DNA of 32,000 nt from Sinorhizobium meliloti (GCF_017876815.1 NZ_JAGIOS010000001.1:3780001-3812000), one strand, 5' to 3'; shown: positions 21,098 through 30,222, counted from the stretch's first letter. The notes: generated by a model not told the origin, from the letters alone. A program made the numbers and translations.

Positions 21098-23179
21098 TCA
21101 TTCCGCGGCAGCTTTGAAATTGTTGCGCGCCAAGGCCGAGCATTCGGCCATGACGGCGGATGCGCGCGCTATCGGGTTCGTCAAATAGAAGTCTTTGACC
21201 GGAGACGCAAACACGGATTTCGCCATCGCACCGGCTTTTTGCGCAAGTGCGGCAATTTCGTCGCTGCTGCCGGCGGCGATCTCGTCGACTGCGGCGAAAT
21301 GCGGATGGGCCGCATAGAGCTTCGCGCGCAATTCGCCGAGGGAATCGAAAGGCAGCTTCCTGCCGAGCACGTCGGAAAGCGCGCGGATGATCGCCCAGTC
21401 CTCGCGGGCTTCACCCGGTGCGAAAGCGGCGCGGTTGCCCATCTGGACACGCCCTTCGGTATTGACCCAGGTGCCGGACTTTTCCGTGTAGGTCGCGGCG
21501 GGAAGAATGACATCCGCCGCATGCGCGCCGTTGTCGCCGTGCGAGCCGATGTAAACGGTGAAGCCGGCCTTCCTGGCCGAGAGATCGATTTCGTCGGCAC
21601 CCAGCAGGAAAAGGACATCCATGGCGTCGACCATTTCGCCCGCCGACTTGCCGCCCTGACCGGGAACGAAGCCGAGATCGAGACCGCCGACGCGGGCGGC
21701 CGCGCTGTGAAGCACGGCAAAACCGTTCCACTCGGCGTTCACCGCGCCAACGGCAACGGCGAGCTTCGCCGCATTGGCGAGAACGGCCGCACCGCCCTCC
21801 CCTGCCAGGGCCCCCTGGCCGACGATGATCAGCGGACGCGCGGCCTTTTCCAACGTCGCGAAGAACGTCCCTTTGCCGGAAACGAGTTCGGCGAGCGTGT
21901 CGGTACCCGCACCCAGATATTCGTATTCGTAACGCAGCTCACCCGCCTCGCCGATCACACCGATGGGGAAGTTGGCCATGCGGTAGCGCTTGCGAATCCG
22001 GGCATTGAGGACCGACGCTTCGAAGCGCGGATTCGAGCCGATGATAAGCAGCGCATCGGCGCTTTCGATACCCTGGATCGTCGGGTTGAAGATGTAGCTC
22101 GAACGGCCGAACGACGGATCGAGCGCTGCGCCGTCCTGCCGGCAGTCGAGGTTCCCGGAGCCGAGCGAGGAGACGAGCTCCTTCAGCGCATACATTTCCT
22201 CGACCGAGGCGAGATCGCCGGCGACCGCGCCGATCCTGTCGCCGGACGTGCCGGCAACGGCAGTCTTGATCGCCTGGAAGGCTTCGCCCCAACTTGCCGG
22301 CTGCAGGCGTCCATCCTTCTTGACATAAGGGCGGTCCAGGCGCTGCGTCTTCAGCCCGTCCCATATGAAGCGCGTCTTGTCGGAGATCCACTCTTCGTTG
22401 ATCTCCTCGTTGACGCGCGGCATGATCCGCATGACTTCGCGGCCGCGCGTATCGACGCGGATGGCCGAGCCGACCGCGTCCATGACATCGATCGATTCCG
22501 TCTTGCCGAGCTCCCACGGGCGCGCGGTGAAGGAGAAGGGCTTGGAGGTCAGCGCGCCGACCGGGCACAGGTCGACGACGTTGCCCTGCAGTTCTGAGGT
22601 CATCGCCTGTTCGAGATAGGTGGTGATCTCGGCATCCTCGCCGCGGCCGATCAGGCCGAGTTCGGCGATGCCGGCGACTTCCGTCGTGAAGCGGACGCAG
22701 CGCGTGCAGTGAATGCAGCGGTTCATCACCGTCTTGACGAGCGGACCGATATATTTGTCCTCGACCGCGCGCTTGTTTTCCTGATAGCGCGAGCTGTCGA
22801 TGCCGAAGGCCATCGCCTGGTCCTGCAGGTCGCACTCGCCGCCCTGGTCGCAGATCGGGCAGTCGAGCGGGTGATTGATGAGCAGGAACTCCATGACGCC
22901 TTCGCGCGCCTTCTTGACCATCGGCGTGGTCGTGAAGACTTCCGGCACCTCGCCGTTCGGGCCGGGACGAAGGTCGCGCACGCCCATGGCGCAGGAAGCC
23001 GCCGGCTTCGGGGGTCCGCCCTTGACCTCGATCAGACACATGCGGCAGTTGCCGGCAACCGAAAGCCGCTCATGGAAACAGAAGCGCGGGACCTCGGCGC
23101 CGGCCTCCTCGCATGCCTGAAGCAGCGTGAAATGATCCGGGACCTCGATCTCTTTTCCGTCGACTTTCAGCTTTGCCAT
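21098..23179 (-). CDS. nuoG: NADH-quinone oxidoreductase subunit G
   Basis: 693 aa from ATG 23179 (MAKLKVDGKEIEV); the ORF-track TTG at 23191 is less likely. N-terminal 2Fe-2S and 4Fe-4S cysteine clusters (CFHERLSVAGNCRMC, HPLDCPICDQGGEC, CIHCTRCVRF) and a molybdopterin-like domain. Confidence 0.95.
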   Translation of the reverse strand: MAKLKVDGKEIEVPDHFTLLQACEEAGAEVPRFCFHERLSVAGNCRMCLIEVKGGPPKPAASCAMGVRDLRPGPNGEVPEVFTTTPMVKKAREGVMEFLLINHPLDCPICDQGGECDLQDQAMAFGIDSSRYQENKRAVEDKYIGPLVKTVMNRCIHCTRCVRFTTEVAGIAELGLIGRGEDAEITTYLEQAMTSELQGNVVDLCPVGALTSKPFSFTARPWELGKTESIDVMDAVGSAIRVDTRGREVMRIMPRVNEEINEEWISDKTRFIWDGLKTQRLDRPYVKKDGRLQPASWGEAFQAIKTAVAGTSGDRIGAVAGDLASVEEMYALKELVSSLGSGNLDCRQDGAALDPSFGRSSYIFNPTIQGIESADALLIIGSNPRFEASVLNARIRKRYRMANFPIGVIGEAGELRYEYEYLGAGTDTLAELVSGKGTFFATLEKAARPLIIVGQGALAGEGGAAVLANAAKLAVAVGAVNAEWNGFAVLHSAAARVGGLDLGFVPGQGGKSAGEMVDAMDVLFLLGADEIDLSARKAGFTVYIGSHGDNGAHAADVILPAATYTEKSGTWVNTEGRVQMGNRAAFAPGEAREDWAIIRALSDVLGRKLPFDSLGELRAKLYAAHPHFAAVDEIAAGSSDEIAALAQKAGAMAKSVFASPVKDFYLTNPIARASAVMAECSALARNNFKAAAE

Positions 23180-23255
23180 CTTCGTACTCAATCCTGTCTT
23201 CAGTCCGTCTGCTCTTCTACAGCGCCGCGCGTCTTGTCAGGCGCGCAAGGGTCGC

Positions 23256-23316
23256 TGCAGCACTTTGGTTTGCTGCATGTTTCCTTTAACCGGCTGCGAT
23301 TAAAGGAAACATGCAG
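23256..23316. repeat. Inverted-repeat module in the orf214-nuoG spacer: a 16-17-bp perfect stem plus an overlapping 7-bp stem
   Basis: ctgcatgtttcctttaa (23273-23289) pairs perfectly with ttaaaggaaacatgcag (23300-23316), leaving a 10-nt loop. tgcagca (23256-23262) pairs with tgctgca (23271-23277), sharing 23273-23277 with the long stem. The module is visibly AT-richer than its surroundings. Confidence 0.7.
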
Positions 23317-23379
23317 TAGGCGACGGACAATTCCTTCACGGTCTCGCCGCTTGCCGTGACGACCGCACGGGTCGTCACG

Positions 23380-24024
23380 TTATTTCTCTCGCGCTCCCGT
23401 CAGCGCCTTTGCCTGCCCGATCCAATCGTCGCGGACCACGCGGCCGGCAAGGCCGAGTTCGCTATCCAGTCGCTCCACGTCGGCCCTGCTCAGGGCGGCG
23501 ATGTCGGCGAAGCGGAAAATGCCCCTACCGTTCAGCACCTGCTCGAGCTTGGGGCCGATGCCGGAGATACGCTTCAGGTCGTCGTTTGCGAGGCTTGCCG
23601 CCGGTGCCGCAGCCCGCTTGACGGGCCTGCGCGATTTGGGCGTCTCGCCCGCGGAGACCGGAGCTTTCCGCGCCTGCGCCGCCTTTTGCGGCCTTGCGAC
23701 CGGAGCAGGCTTGGAGACCTCCGCCTGATCGGGCGCGGCAACGCTTTTCTGCAGCGTGCTGGCCGCCCCCTGCATCGCGCCGAACATCATGCCGGCGATG
23801 TGACTGGACAGACCGAAGCCGAGAGCCGTCGCCGCTGCAACGGCCGCCGCCGGATGCGCCATCAACGGATGCAATCCGACGCTCGGCAAGCCGGCGTTCG
23901 ACAGGTTCTTCATCCATTCGCCCATGCCGAACGGATCGGCCGGGTCGGCGCCCTGAGGCCATGCGAATGGACCGGCCGCGCTCGCGGCTGTCCTCTCCTG
24001 TCCGTCCTTGCGTGCCCCAGCCAT
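23380..24024 (-). CDS. Non-core 214-aa protein embedded between nuoF and nuoG; Ala/Pro/Lys-rich linker and helix-hairpin-helix-like C-terminal domain
   Basis: The ATG lies 6 nt after the nuoF stop, with GGAG inside the nuoF 3' end. Third-position GC is high, like neighbouring genes. The C-terminus DDLKRISGIGPKLEQVLNGRGIFRFADIAALSRADVERLDSELGLAGRVVRDDWIGQAKAL carries a GIG HhH-type motif. The N-terminus is Gly/Ala/Met-rich and hydrophobic. Confidence 0.75.
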   Translation of the reverse strand: MAGARKDGQERTAASAAGPFAWPQGADPADPFGMGEWMKNLSNAGLPSVGLHPLMAHPAAAVAAATALGFGLSSHIAGMMFGAMQGAASTLQKSVAAPDQAEVSKPAPVARPQKAAQARKAPVSAGETPKSRRPVKRAAAPAASLANDDLKRISGIGPKLEQVLNGRGIFRFADIAALSRADVERLDSELGLAGRVVRDDWIGQAKALTGAREK

Positions 24025-24030
24025 GGTTTC

Positions 24031-25335
24031 TTACTCCGCCGCCTCCAGCACGGCGCCATGCGAGGTCGCATTGCGCGTGTATTCGTCGATCCGCTTCTCC
24101 ATTTCCGGACGGAAATGCTTGATAAGGCCCTGGATCGGCCATGCCGCCGCATCGCCGAGCGCGCAGATCGTGTGGCCCTCGACCTGCTTCGTCACGTCGA
24201 AGAGCATGTCGATCTCGCGCTTCTGGGCGCGGCCCTGCACCATGCGCTCCATGACGCGCATCATCCAACCGGTGCCTTCGCGGCAGGGCGTGCACTGGCC
24301 GCAGCTCTCGTGCTTGTAGAAGGCCGACAGCCGCCAGATCGCCTTGATGATGTCGGTCGACTTGTCCATGACGATGACGGCAGCCGTGCCGAGGCCCGAG
24401 CCGAGCTCGCGCAGGCCGTCATAGTCCATGATCGCGTCCTTCATCTGCGCGCCGGGCACGCAGGGGACCGAAGAGCCGCCGGGGATGACCGCCAGCAGAT
24501 TGTCCCAGCCGCCGCGAATGCCGCCGCAGTGCTTCTCGATCAGCTCATGGAACGGGATCGACATCGCGTCCTCGACCGTGCAAGGGCGATTGACGTGGCC
24601 GGAAACCGAATAGAGCTTGGTGCCGTGGTTGTTGGGGCGGCCGAAGCTCGTGTACCAGCCGGCGCCGCGGCGCAGGATGGTCGGCGTCACCGCAATCGAC
24701 TCGACATTGTTGACCGTCGTCGGGCAGCCATAAAGGCCCATATTCGCCGGGAAAGGCGGCTTCAGGCGCGGCTGGCCTTTCTTGCCTTCGAGGCTTTCGA
24801 GCAGCGCCGTCTCCTCGCCGCAGATATAGGCGCCGGCACCGTGATGCACGTAAATGTCGATGTCGTAGCCGAGCTTGTTGTTCTTGCCGAGCAGGCCGTA
24901 TTCATAGCATTCGTCGATCGCCGCCTGCAGCGCTTCACGCTCGCGGATGAACTCGCCGCGGACGTAGATATAGGCGGCATGCGCACCCATGGCGAAGCTC
25001 GCAATCACGCAGCCTTCGATCAGCGTGTGCGGATCGTGGCGCATGATGTCGCGGTCCTTGCAGGTACCGGGTTCGGACTCGTCGGCATTGACGACGAGAT
25101 AATGGGGGCGCCCGTCGCTTTCCTTCGGCATGAAGGACCATTTGAGACCGGTCGGGAAGCCGGCGCCGCCGCGGCCGCGAAGGCCGGAGGCCTTCACCTC
25201 GTTGATGATCCAGTCGCGGCCCTTTTCGAGGAACTGCTTCGTGCCGTCCCAATGGCCGCGCGCCATCGCGCCCCTCAGCGACTTGTCCTTGAGGCCGTAG
25301 ATGTTGGTAAAGATGCGATCTTCATCTCTAAGCAT
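24031..25335 (-). CDS. nuoF: NADH-quinone oxidoreductase subunit F (FMN/NADH-binding, 4Fe-4S)
   Basis: 434 aa. [13 protein letters not shown] (NADH/FMN site) and [12 protein letters not shown] (N3 cluster). Confidence 0.96.
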   Translation of the reverse strand: MLRDEDRIFTNIYGLKDKSLRGAMARGHWDGTKQFLEKGRDWIINEVKASGLRGRGGAGFPTGLKWSFMPKESDGRPHYLVVNADESEPGTCKDRDIMRHDPHTLIEGCVIASFAMGAHAAYIYVRGEFIREREALQAAIDECYEYGLLGKNNKLGYDIDIYVHHGAGAYICGEETALLESLEGKKGQPRLKPPFPANMGLYGCPTTVNNVESIAVTPTILRRGAGWYTSFGRPNNHGTKLYSVSGHVNRPCTVEDAMSIPFHELIEKHCGGIRGGWDNLLAVIPGGSSVPCVPGAQMKDAIMDYDGLRELGSGLGTAAVIVMDKSTDIIKAIWRLSAFYKHESCGQCTPCREGTGWMMRVMERMVQGRAQKREIDMLFDVTKQVEGHTICALGDAAAWPIQGLIKHFRPEMEKRIDEYTRNATSHGAVLEAAE

Positions 25336-25349
25336 GGGGTATCACCTCT

Positions 25350-26177
25350 TCACCGCGGCTTCTTCGCGGGCTTCGACTTATCGACCGTTTCGCCCTCGAT
25401 CTTGACGTTCTTCGCCGCCGCCTTCCTGGCGGTGGCCGGCGTCTTCAAGGTCGGGTTGGTGACGTCCGTCGCGGTCGACGGCTTTGCCGCATTCGACGGA
25501 GGCACGCTCACCGCCTGTTCGTCCTTCGCCTTGCTCGCGCGGACCGATTTCTTCTCTTCGACCGGCTCCGGCGCCTGCAACGTCGTCAGGCCGCCGATCG
25601 GCGCTGAATAGACGCGGTCGATCTGCGGGCCCGGAACGACTTCCGACCCTTTGCCGGCCTCGAAGCGGTCGATGATCTCCTCGAGCCGCTCCGGCGTCAG
25701 ATCCTCGAACGTGTCCTTGAAGATCATGACCATCGGCGCGTTGACGCAGGCGCCCTGACATTCGACCTCTTCCCAGGAAAGCGTGCCGCCCTCATTGAGG
25801 GTGAACGGTTCGCTGGCGATCTTCTTCTTGCAGATCTTGATCAGGTCTTCGGCGCCGCGCAGCATGCAGGGCGTGGTGCCGCAGACCTGGACATGGGCAC
25901 GCGTTCCGACCGGCTGCAGCTGGAATTGCGTATAGAAGGTAGCGACTTCGAGGACGCGGATATAGGCCATGCCGAGCATGTCGGCGACCGACTCGATCGC
26001 CGCCCTCGTCACCCAGCCATCCTGCTCCTGAGCGCGCATCAGCAGGGGAATGACCGCCGACTGCTCGCGGCCTTCGGGATATTTCTTGATCGTTGCCTCG
26101 GCCCAGGCAGCATTTTCCTTGCTGAACGCGAAGGCCGCTGGCTGGACTGTGTCTTCGGCTAGTCGACGAACGGACAT
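25350..26177 (-). CDS. nuoE: NADH-quinone oxidoreductase subunit E with a ~70-aa low-complexity C-terminal tail
   Basis: 275 aa from ATG 26177 (AAGGTG upstream); the ORF-track GTG is at 26189. 2Fe-2S ligands lie in [11 protein letters not shown] ... [10 protein letters not shown]. The tail after ...[11 protein letters not shown] is Ala/Lys/Pro/Thr-rich. Confidence 0.93.
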   Translation of the reverse strand: MSVRRLAEDTVQPAAFAFSKENAAWAEATIKKYPEGREQSAVIPLLMRAQEQDGWVTRAAIESVADMLGMAYIRVLEVATFYTQFQLQPVGTRAHVQVCGTTPCMLRGAEDLIKICKKKIASEPFTLNEGGTLSWEEVECQGACVNAPMVMIFKDTFEDLTPERLEEIIDRFEAGKGSEVVPGPQIDRVYSAPIGGLTTLQAPEPVEEKKSVRASKAKDEQAVSVPPSNAAKPSTATDVTNPTLKTPATARKAAAKNVKIEGETVDKSKPAKKPR

Positions 26178-26193
26178 TCTAGTGGACACCTTA

Positions 26194-26448
26194 TCAGTTA
26201 ATCGAACCGCACCGCGATTTCGTCAGCGAGACAAATTCGCAGGCATAGGCTGACTGGTCTTTCTGCAAAAACACGATGTAGCGCGCGCCGTTGTTGACGG
26301 CTGCCTTGATCTCGTAGCCCCTCGACAGGAGCGCCGACATGCTGCCGCCCCTGAGCGCAGCGGACGACTCGCTGCCGACGTCTTCCTGGGCCGAAGCCCC
26401 GGAGGCGAGCGCAAGAAGTCCGACAGCGACGAGCGGCACCAGACGCAT
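26194..26448 (-). CDS. Non-core 84-aa secreted/periplasmic small protein embedded between nuoD and nuoE
   Basis: The ATG overlaps the nuoD stop (TGATG, 26446-26450), and SD GAGGTGG lies 7 nt upstream inside nuoD. The N-terminus [22 protein letters not shown] is a classic Sec signal peptide with an A-x-A site. The mature ~64 aa contain two Cys. nuoE starts 16 nt after the stop. The 243-aa ORF-track version overlaps nuoD out of frame and is rejected. Confidence 0.7.
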   Translation of the reverse strand: MRLVPLVAVGLLALASGASAQEDVGSESSAALRGGSMSALLSRGYEIKAAVNNGARYIVFLQKDQSAYACEFVSLTKSRCGSIN

Positions 26449-27638
26449 CAGCGATCCACCTCGCCGAAAACGATATCGAGGGAGCCCAGCACGGCCGAAA
26501 CATCGGCAAGCTGGTGTCCGCGACAGAGGAAGTCCATCGCCTGAAGATGCGCGTAACCCGGAGCGCGGATCTTGCAGCGATACGGCTTGTTGGTGCCGTC
26601 GGAGACCAGATAGACGCCGAACTCGCCCTTGGGCGCCTCGACCGCGGCGTAGACCTCGCCGGCGGGCACGTGATAGCCCTCGGTATAGAGCTTGAAGTGA
26701 TGGATCAGCGCCTCCATCGACCGCTTCATCTCGCCGCGCTTCGGCGGCACGATCTTGCCGTCGAGCGAGGAGACCGGACCGATCTTGGCATCGCCGAGCA
26801 GGCGATCGACGCACTGGCGCATGATGCGCGCCGACTGGCGCATTTCGATCATGCGGATGAGATAGCGGTCGAAGCAGTCGCCGTTCTTGCCGATCGGAAT
26901 GTCGAACTCCAGGTCGGAATAGCATTCATAGGGCTGCGAACGGCGCAGGTCCCAGGCCGCACCCGAGCCGCGCACCATCACGCCCGAGAAACCCCAGGCC
27001 CAGGCGTCTTCGAGGCTGACGACGCCGATATCGACGTTGCGCTGCTTGAAGATGCGGTTGCCGGTCAGAAGCTCGTCGATATCGTCGACGGTCTTCAGGA
27101 ACGGGTCGATCCAGTTGCCGATGTCTTCGACCAGTTGGTGCGGCAGGTCCTGATGTACGCCGCCCGGACGGAAATAGGCCGCGTGCATGCGCGCGCCGCA
27201 GGCCCGCTCGTAGAAGACCATCAGCTTCTCGCGCTCCTCGAAGCCCCAGAGCGGCGGCGTGAGCGCGCCGACGTCCATGGCCTGAGTCGTCACGTTGAGG
27301 AGATGCGACAGGATACGGCCGATCTCGGAATAGAGAACGCGGATCAGCTGACCGCGGATCGGCACTTGCGTACCGGTCAATCTTTCGACCGCAAGCGCGA
27401 AGGCGTGCTCCTGGTTCATCGGCGCGACATAGTCGAGCCGGTCGAAATAGGGTATCGCCTGCAGATAGGTCTTGGCCTCGATCAGCTTCTCCGTGCCGCG
27501 ATGCAGGAGGCCGATATGCGGATCGACGCGCTCGACGATCTCGCCGTCAAGCTCCAGCACCAGACGCAGAACGCCGTGCGCCGCCGGATGCTGCGGGCCG
27601 AAGTTGATGTTGAAGTTGCGGACGTTATGTTCGGTCAT
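26448..27638 (-). CDS. nuoD: NADH-quinone oxidoreductase subunit D
   Basis: 396 aa. [15 protein letters not shown] and the C-terminal [13 protein letters not shown] are hallmarks of NuoD/49-kDa subunit. Confidence 0.96.
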   Translation of the reverse strand: MTEHNVRNFNINFGPQHPAAHGVLRLVLELDGEIVERVDPHIGLLHRGTEKLIEAKTYLQAIPYFDRLDYVAPMNQEHAFALAVERLTGTQVPIRGQLIRVLYSEIGRILSHLLNVTTQAMDVGALTPPLWGFEEREKLMVFYERACGARMHAAYFRPGGVHQDLPHQLVEDIGNWIDPFLKTVDDIDELLTGNRIFKQRNVDIGVVSLEDAWAWGFSGVMVRGSGAAWDLRRSQPYECYSDLEFDIPIGKNGDCFDRYLIRMIEMRQSARIMRQCVDRLLGDAKIGPVSSLDGKIVPPKRGEMKRSMEALIHHFKLYTEGYHVPAGEVYAAVEAPKGEFGVYLVSDGTNKPYRCKIRAPGYAHLQAMDFLCRGHQLADVSAVLGSLDIVFGEVDR

Positions 27639-27694
27639 ACCGATTGCTCCAGGCCGGGTGGCGTCCTTCGCGGACTGCCGCGGGCCGACTTAAT

Positions 27695-28300
27695 TCAGCG
27701 TGGTCTCGCCTTTTCGTCGCCGGGCAGCACGTATTCCGTGCCTTCCCAGGGCGAAAGAAAGTCGAAATTGCGGAATTCCTGCTTCAGCTCGACGGGTTCG
27801 TAGACGACGCGCTTGGCTTCGTTGTCGTAACGCACCTCGACGAAACCGGTCAGCGGGAAGTCCTTGCGCAGCGGATAGCCTTCGAAGCCGTAGTCCGTTA
27901 GGATGCGCCTCAGATCCGGGTGACCGGTGAAGAGGATGCCATACATGTCGTAGGCTTCGCGCTCGAACCAATCGGCGCCGGGGAAGACTGACGTCGCCGA
28001 CGGGACGGGGTCGTTCTCGCCGGTCGCAACCTTCACGCGGACGCGCTGGTTCTGGCGCGGCGAGAGAAGATGATAGACGACATCGAAGCGGTCCGGGCGC
28101 TGCGGATAATCGACCCCGCAGACATCGATGAAGCTGACGAAACCACACTGGACGTCGTCGCGCAGGAAAGTCAGGAGCGCGATGAGGTTCTCGGCTTTCG
28201 CCGTCACCGTCAGTTCGCCGTATTTGACCTCCGCATCGGTGATCAGCGCGCCACGCGCCTCGCGGAGATAGGAGGCAAGCTCGTTCAGGGCTTCACTCAT
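27695..28300 (-). CDS. nuoC: NADH-quinone oxidoreductase subunit C
   Basis: 201 aa from ATG 28300 ([12 protein letters not shown]...). [42 protein letters not shown] is typical of NuoC/30-kDa subunit. The 337-aa ORF-track version runs into nuoB. Confidence 0.93.
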   Translation of the reverse strand: MSEALNELASYLREARGALITDAEVKYGELTVTAKAENLIALLTFLRDDVQCGFVSFIDVCGVDYPQRPDRFDVVYHLLSPRQNQRVRVKVATGENDPVPSATSVFPGADWFEREAYDMYGILFTGHPDLRRILTDYGFEGYPLRKDFPLTGFVEVRYDNEAKRVVYEPVELKQEFRNFDFLSPWEGTEYVLPGDEKARPR

Positions 28301-28317
28301 CTTAAGTTCCCCTGCCC

Positions 28318-28896
28318 TTAGCGCTCGATCGTGCCGGTCCGGCGGATCTTCTTCTGCAGCAGAAGCACGCCGTAAAGCAGCGCTTCTGCCGTGGGAGGAC
28401 AGCCAGGCACATAGATGTCGACGGGCACGACGCGGTCGCAGCCGCGCACAACCGAATAGGAATAGTGGTAGTAGCCGCCGCCATTGGCGCAGGAGCCCAT
28501 CGAGATCACGTAACGCGGCTCGGGCATCTGGTCGTAGACCTTGCGCAGCGCGGGCGCCATCTTGTTGGTGAGCGTGCCGGCGACGATCATGACGTCGGAC
28601 TGACGCGGCGAGGCGCGCGGCGCAAAACCGAAGCGTTCGGCATCGTAACGCGGCATCGACATCTGCATCATCTCGACCGCGCAGCAGGCGAGACCGAAAG
28701 TCATCCACATCAGCGAACCGGTTCGGGCCCAGTTGATCAGCTCGTCGGTCGAGGTGACGAGAAAGCCCTTGTCGGCGAGCTCGTTGTTGATCTCGCCGAA
28801 GAAAGCGTCATTGCTGCCGATCGGCTTGCCGGTCGCGGGATCGAGGATCCCCTTGGGCTGCGGCGCAACGAGCGTGGTGCCGGATGCTAATTCCAT
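28318..28896 (-). CDS. nuoB: NADH-quinone oxidoreductase subunit B
   Basis: 192 aa from ATG 28896, with SD AAGGGAG 7 nt upstream; an alternative ATG is at 28917. N2-cluster cysteines lie in [17 protein letters not shown] and VPGCPP. The start overlaps the nuoA 3' end by 10 nt. Confidence 0.93.
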   Translation of the reverse strand: MELASGTTLVAPQPKGILDPATGKPIGSNDAFFGEINNELADKGFLVTSTDELINWARTGSLMWMTFGLACCAVEMMQMSMPRYDAERFGFAPRASPRQSDVMIVAGTLTNKMAPALRKVYDQMPEPRYVISMGSCANGGGYYHYSYSVVRGCDRVVPVDIYVPGCPPTAEALLYGVLLLQKKIRRTGTIER

Positions 28897-29252
28897 TCCA
28901 GCGCTCCCTTCTTCCATTCATAGATAAAGCCGACCGTCAGGACCAGAAGGAAGACCATCATCGACCAGAAGCCGAACCAGCCCATCTCCTTGAACGAAAC
29001 CGCCCAGGGGAAGAGGAAGGCGACTTCGAGATCGAAGATGATGAAAAGGATCGACACGAGATAGAAGCGGACGTCGAACTTCATGCGGGCGTCGTCGAAC
29101 GCATTGAAGCCGCACTCGTAAGCCGACAGTTTTTCCGAATCAGGCGCCTTGAAGGCGACGGCGAAAGGAGCGACCAGAAGTGCGAGGCCGATCACCAGCG
29201 CGATCCCAATGAAAATCGCGATCGGTACGTAGGAACCGAGAAGTTCTGTCAT
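28887..29252 (-). CDS. nuoA: NADH-quinone oxidoreductase subunit A
   Basis: 121 aa from ATG 29252 ([20 protein letters not shown]...), three TM segments. YECGF and [12 protein letters not shown] motifs are present. The ORF-track 205-aa version is an upstream read-through. Confidence 0.93.
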   Translation of the reverse strand: MTELLGSYVPIAIFIGIALVIGLALLVAPFAVAFKAPDSEKLSAYECGFNAFDDARMKFDVRFYLVSILFIIFDLEVAFLFPWAVSFKEMGWFGFWSMMVFLLVLTVGFIYEWKKGALEWN

Positions 29253-29554
29253 TTTATCCGTCCCTGCCTGCGGAGGGCGCCATGAAAGCGCTTCAACGAA
29301 GAATGCCGCAGGCCGAAAAGCATGTTGCAACGCCAGAGTGGTTAGCGCAGCCGGCGCCCGGGCGCAAGCCTCGAAGGGGCATTTAAACCGGTTCGCGGCG
29401 CATAGCGGACATGCGCCCACCGCGGGATGCGGGGCAATGCGCGCAATCGCGGGAAACCGGGCCTCCCGGCGCCAGGAATTCCGCGGCGAGACACTTTGCC
29501 GCAATGCAAAAAAAGGAAGTACCGAAAAAGGGAGACGGCCACTTGAGAAGAGAA

Positions 29555-29631
29555 TGGCGCGAGTGACGGGGCTCGAACCCGCGACCTCCGGCGTGACAGG
29601 CCGGCACTCTAACCGACTGAGCTACACCCGC
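29555..29631 (-). tRNA. tRNA-Asp (anticodon GTC), copy 1
   Basis: The reverse complement GCGGGTGTAGCTCAGTCGGTTAGAGTGCCGGCCTGTCACGCCGGAGGTCGCGGGTTCGAGCCCCGTCACTCGCGCCA folds as a 77-nt cloverleaf. It has a 7-bp acceptor stem, anticodon loop CTGTCAC, T-loop TTCGAGC and an encoded CCA. Confidence 0.95.
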
Positions 29632-29700
29632 GCATTATGGCCATCGCTGACCATTATCTCATCATCGGCACTTTTTGAGAATGCCGCAGTCTTTCAAGAG

Positions 29701-29777
29701 TGGCGCGAGTGACGGGGCTCGAACCCGCGACCTCCGGCGTGACAGGCCGGCACTCTAACCGACTGAGCTACACCCGC
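29701..29777 (-). tRNA. tRNA-Asp (anticodon GTC), copy 2, identical to copy 1
   Basis: Its 77 nt are identical to 29555-29631. The two copies are separated by a non-repeated 69-bp spacer. Confidence 0.95.
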
Positions 29778-29844
29778 ATCTCTTGACGTTCCAGACGCGC
29801 TCGCGCGCCCCTGCCCGAAGCGGCCTTGCCGTTCGATGAGCGGC

Positions 29845-29874
29845 TAACTAAGCGGTTCGCTTTGGGGTGTCAAG
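29845..29874 (-). promoter_or_regulatory. Candidate sigma70-type promoter for the tRNA-Asp pair
   Basis: On the minus strand, CTTGAC (29874-29869)-N17-TTAGTT (29850-29845) lies about 65-95 nt upstream of tRNA-Asp copy 2. The -35 matches the rhizobial consensus CTTGAC; the -10 is weak. Confidence 0.3.
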
Positions 29875-30151
29875 CGCGATTGAAAACAAATCCGTGACGG
29901 AACGTTTTTTGGTCCACAGCATGTCTTTTCGGAAGGATTTGGCCGCCTGTGGAAGCACGCTCCAAAGGTGAGCACCCGTTCACCCCCTCGGGGGCTCGCC
30001 CTCCTTATATATATATGCGGGCCCAGCGGAGCGACCAACAATGCGCCGCCTGCCTCGATAACTGCCGCTCGTCGCCGCCCTATTTGTCCACAGGCTTCAT
30101 AACGGGCGCCCCGGCCCGCGATAAAAAATTCGAAAAAATCGCTCGAACGCT

Positions 30152-30180
30152 CTTGCGGTTTTCGCCGGTTACGCATAGAT
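30152..30180 (+). promoter_or_regulatory. Candidate sigma70-type promoter for tRNA-Val
   Basis: CTTGCG (30152-30157)-N17-ATAGAT (30175-30180) is close to the rhizobial consensus CTTGAC-N17-CTATAT. An A-rich UP-like tract (ataaaaaattcgaaaaaatc, 30121-30140) lies upstream. The tRNA starts ~43 nt downstream. Confidence 0.45.
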
Positions 30181-30222
30181 CACGCCCACCGACGCGGCGG
30201 ACACTTGTCCGGCAACGCGAGA

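Noticed and set aside
19929-22597. 419-aa and 452-aa plus-strand ORFs antisense to nuoH and nuoG
   Set aside because: Antisense to recognisable core subunits, low-complexity translations, no independent signals.
23356-25611. 751-aa plus-strand ORF spanning orf214, nuoF and part of nuoE in antisense
   Set aside because: It crosses three independently supported minus-strand genes and two intergenic junctions, and its Arg/Ala-rich translation has no motifs. It is an artefact.
26449-26925. N-terminal 159 residues of the 243-aa ORF-track version of orf84
   Set aside because: This part overlaps nuoD in a different frame and is Arg-rich nonsense. The internal ATG at 26448 has an SD, stop-start coupling to nuoD and a signal peptide, so only the last 84 codons are called.
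28301-28708. Upstream extension of the NuoC ORF (337-aa version)
   Set aside because: It overlaps nuoB out of frame. The conserved NuoC sequence begins at the ATG at 28300, 17 nt after the nuoB stop.
29253-29504. Upstream extension of the NuoA ORF (205-aa version) and the plus-strand ORF 29338-29712
   Set aside because: The NuoA family is ~120 aa and begins at [10 protein letters not shown]. The extension and the plus-strand ORF run through the tRNA-Asp gene or promoter region and have no coding features.
29990-30040. (TA)5 microsatellite (30006-30016) with minus-strand TTGGTC-N16-ATATAT promoter-like context and an AAGGAGG just downstream
   Set aside because: No start codon lies at a usable distance from the AAGGAGG. 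The ORF that follows (29844-30176, minus) is low-complexity and runs into the tRNA-Asp promoter. It may be an additional tRNA promoter, but evidence is too thin.
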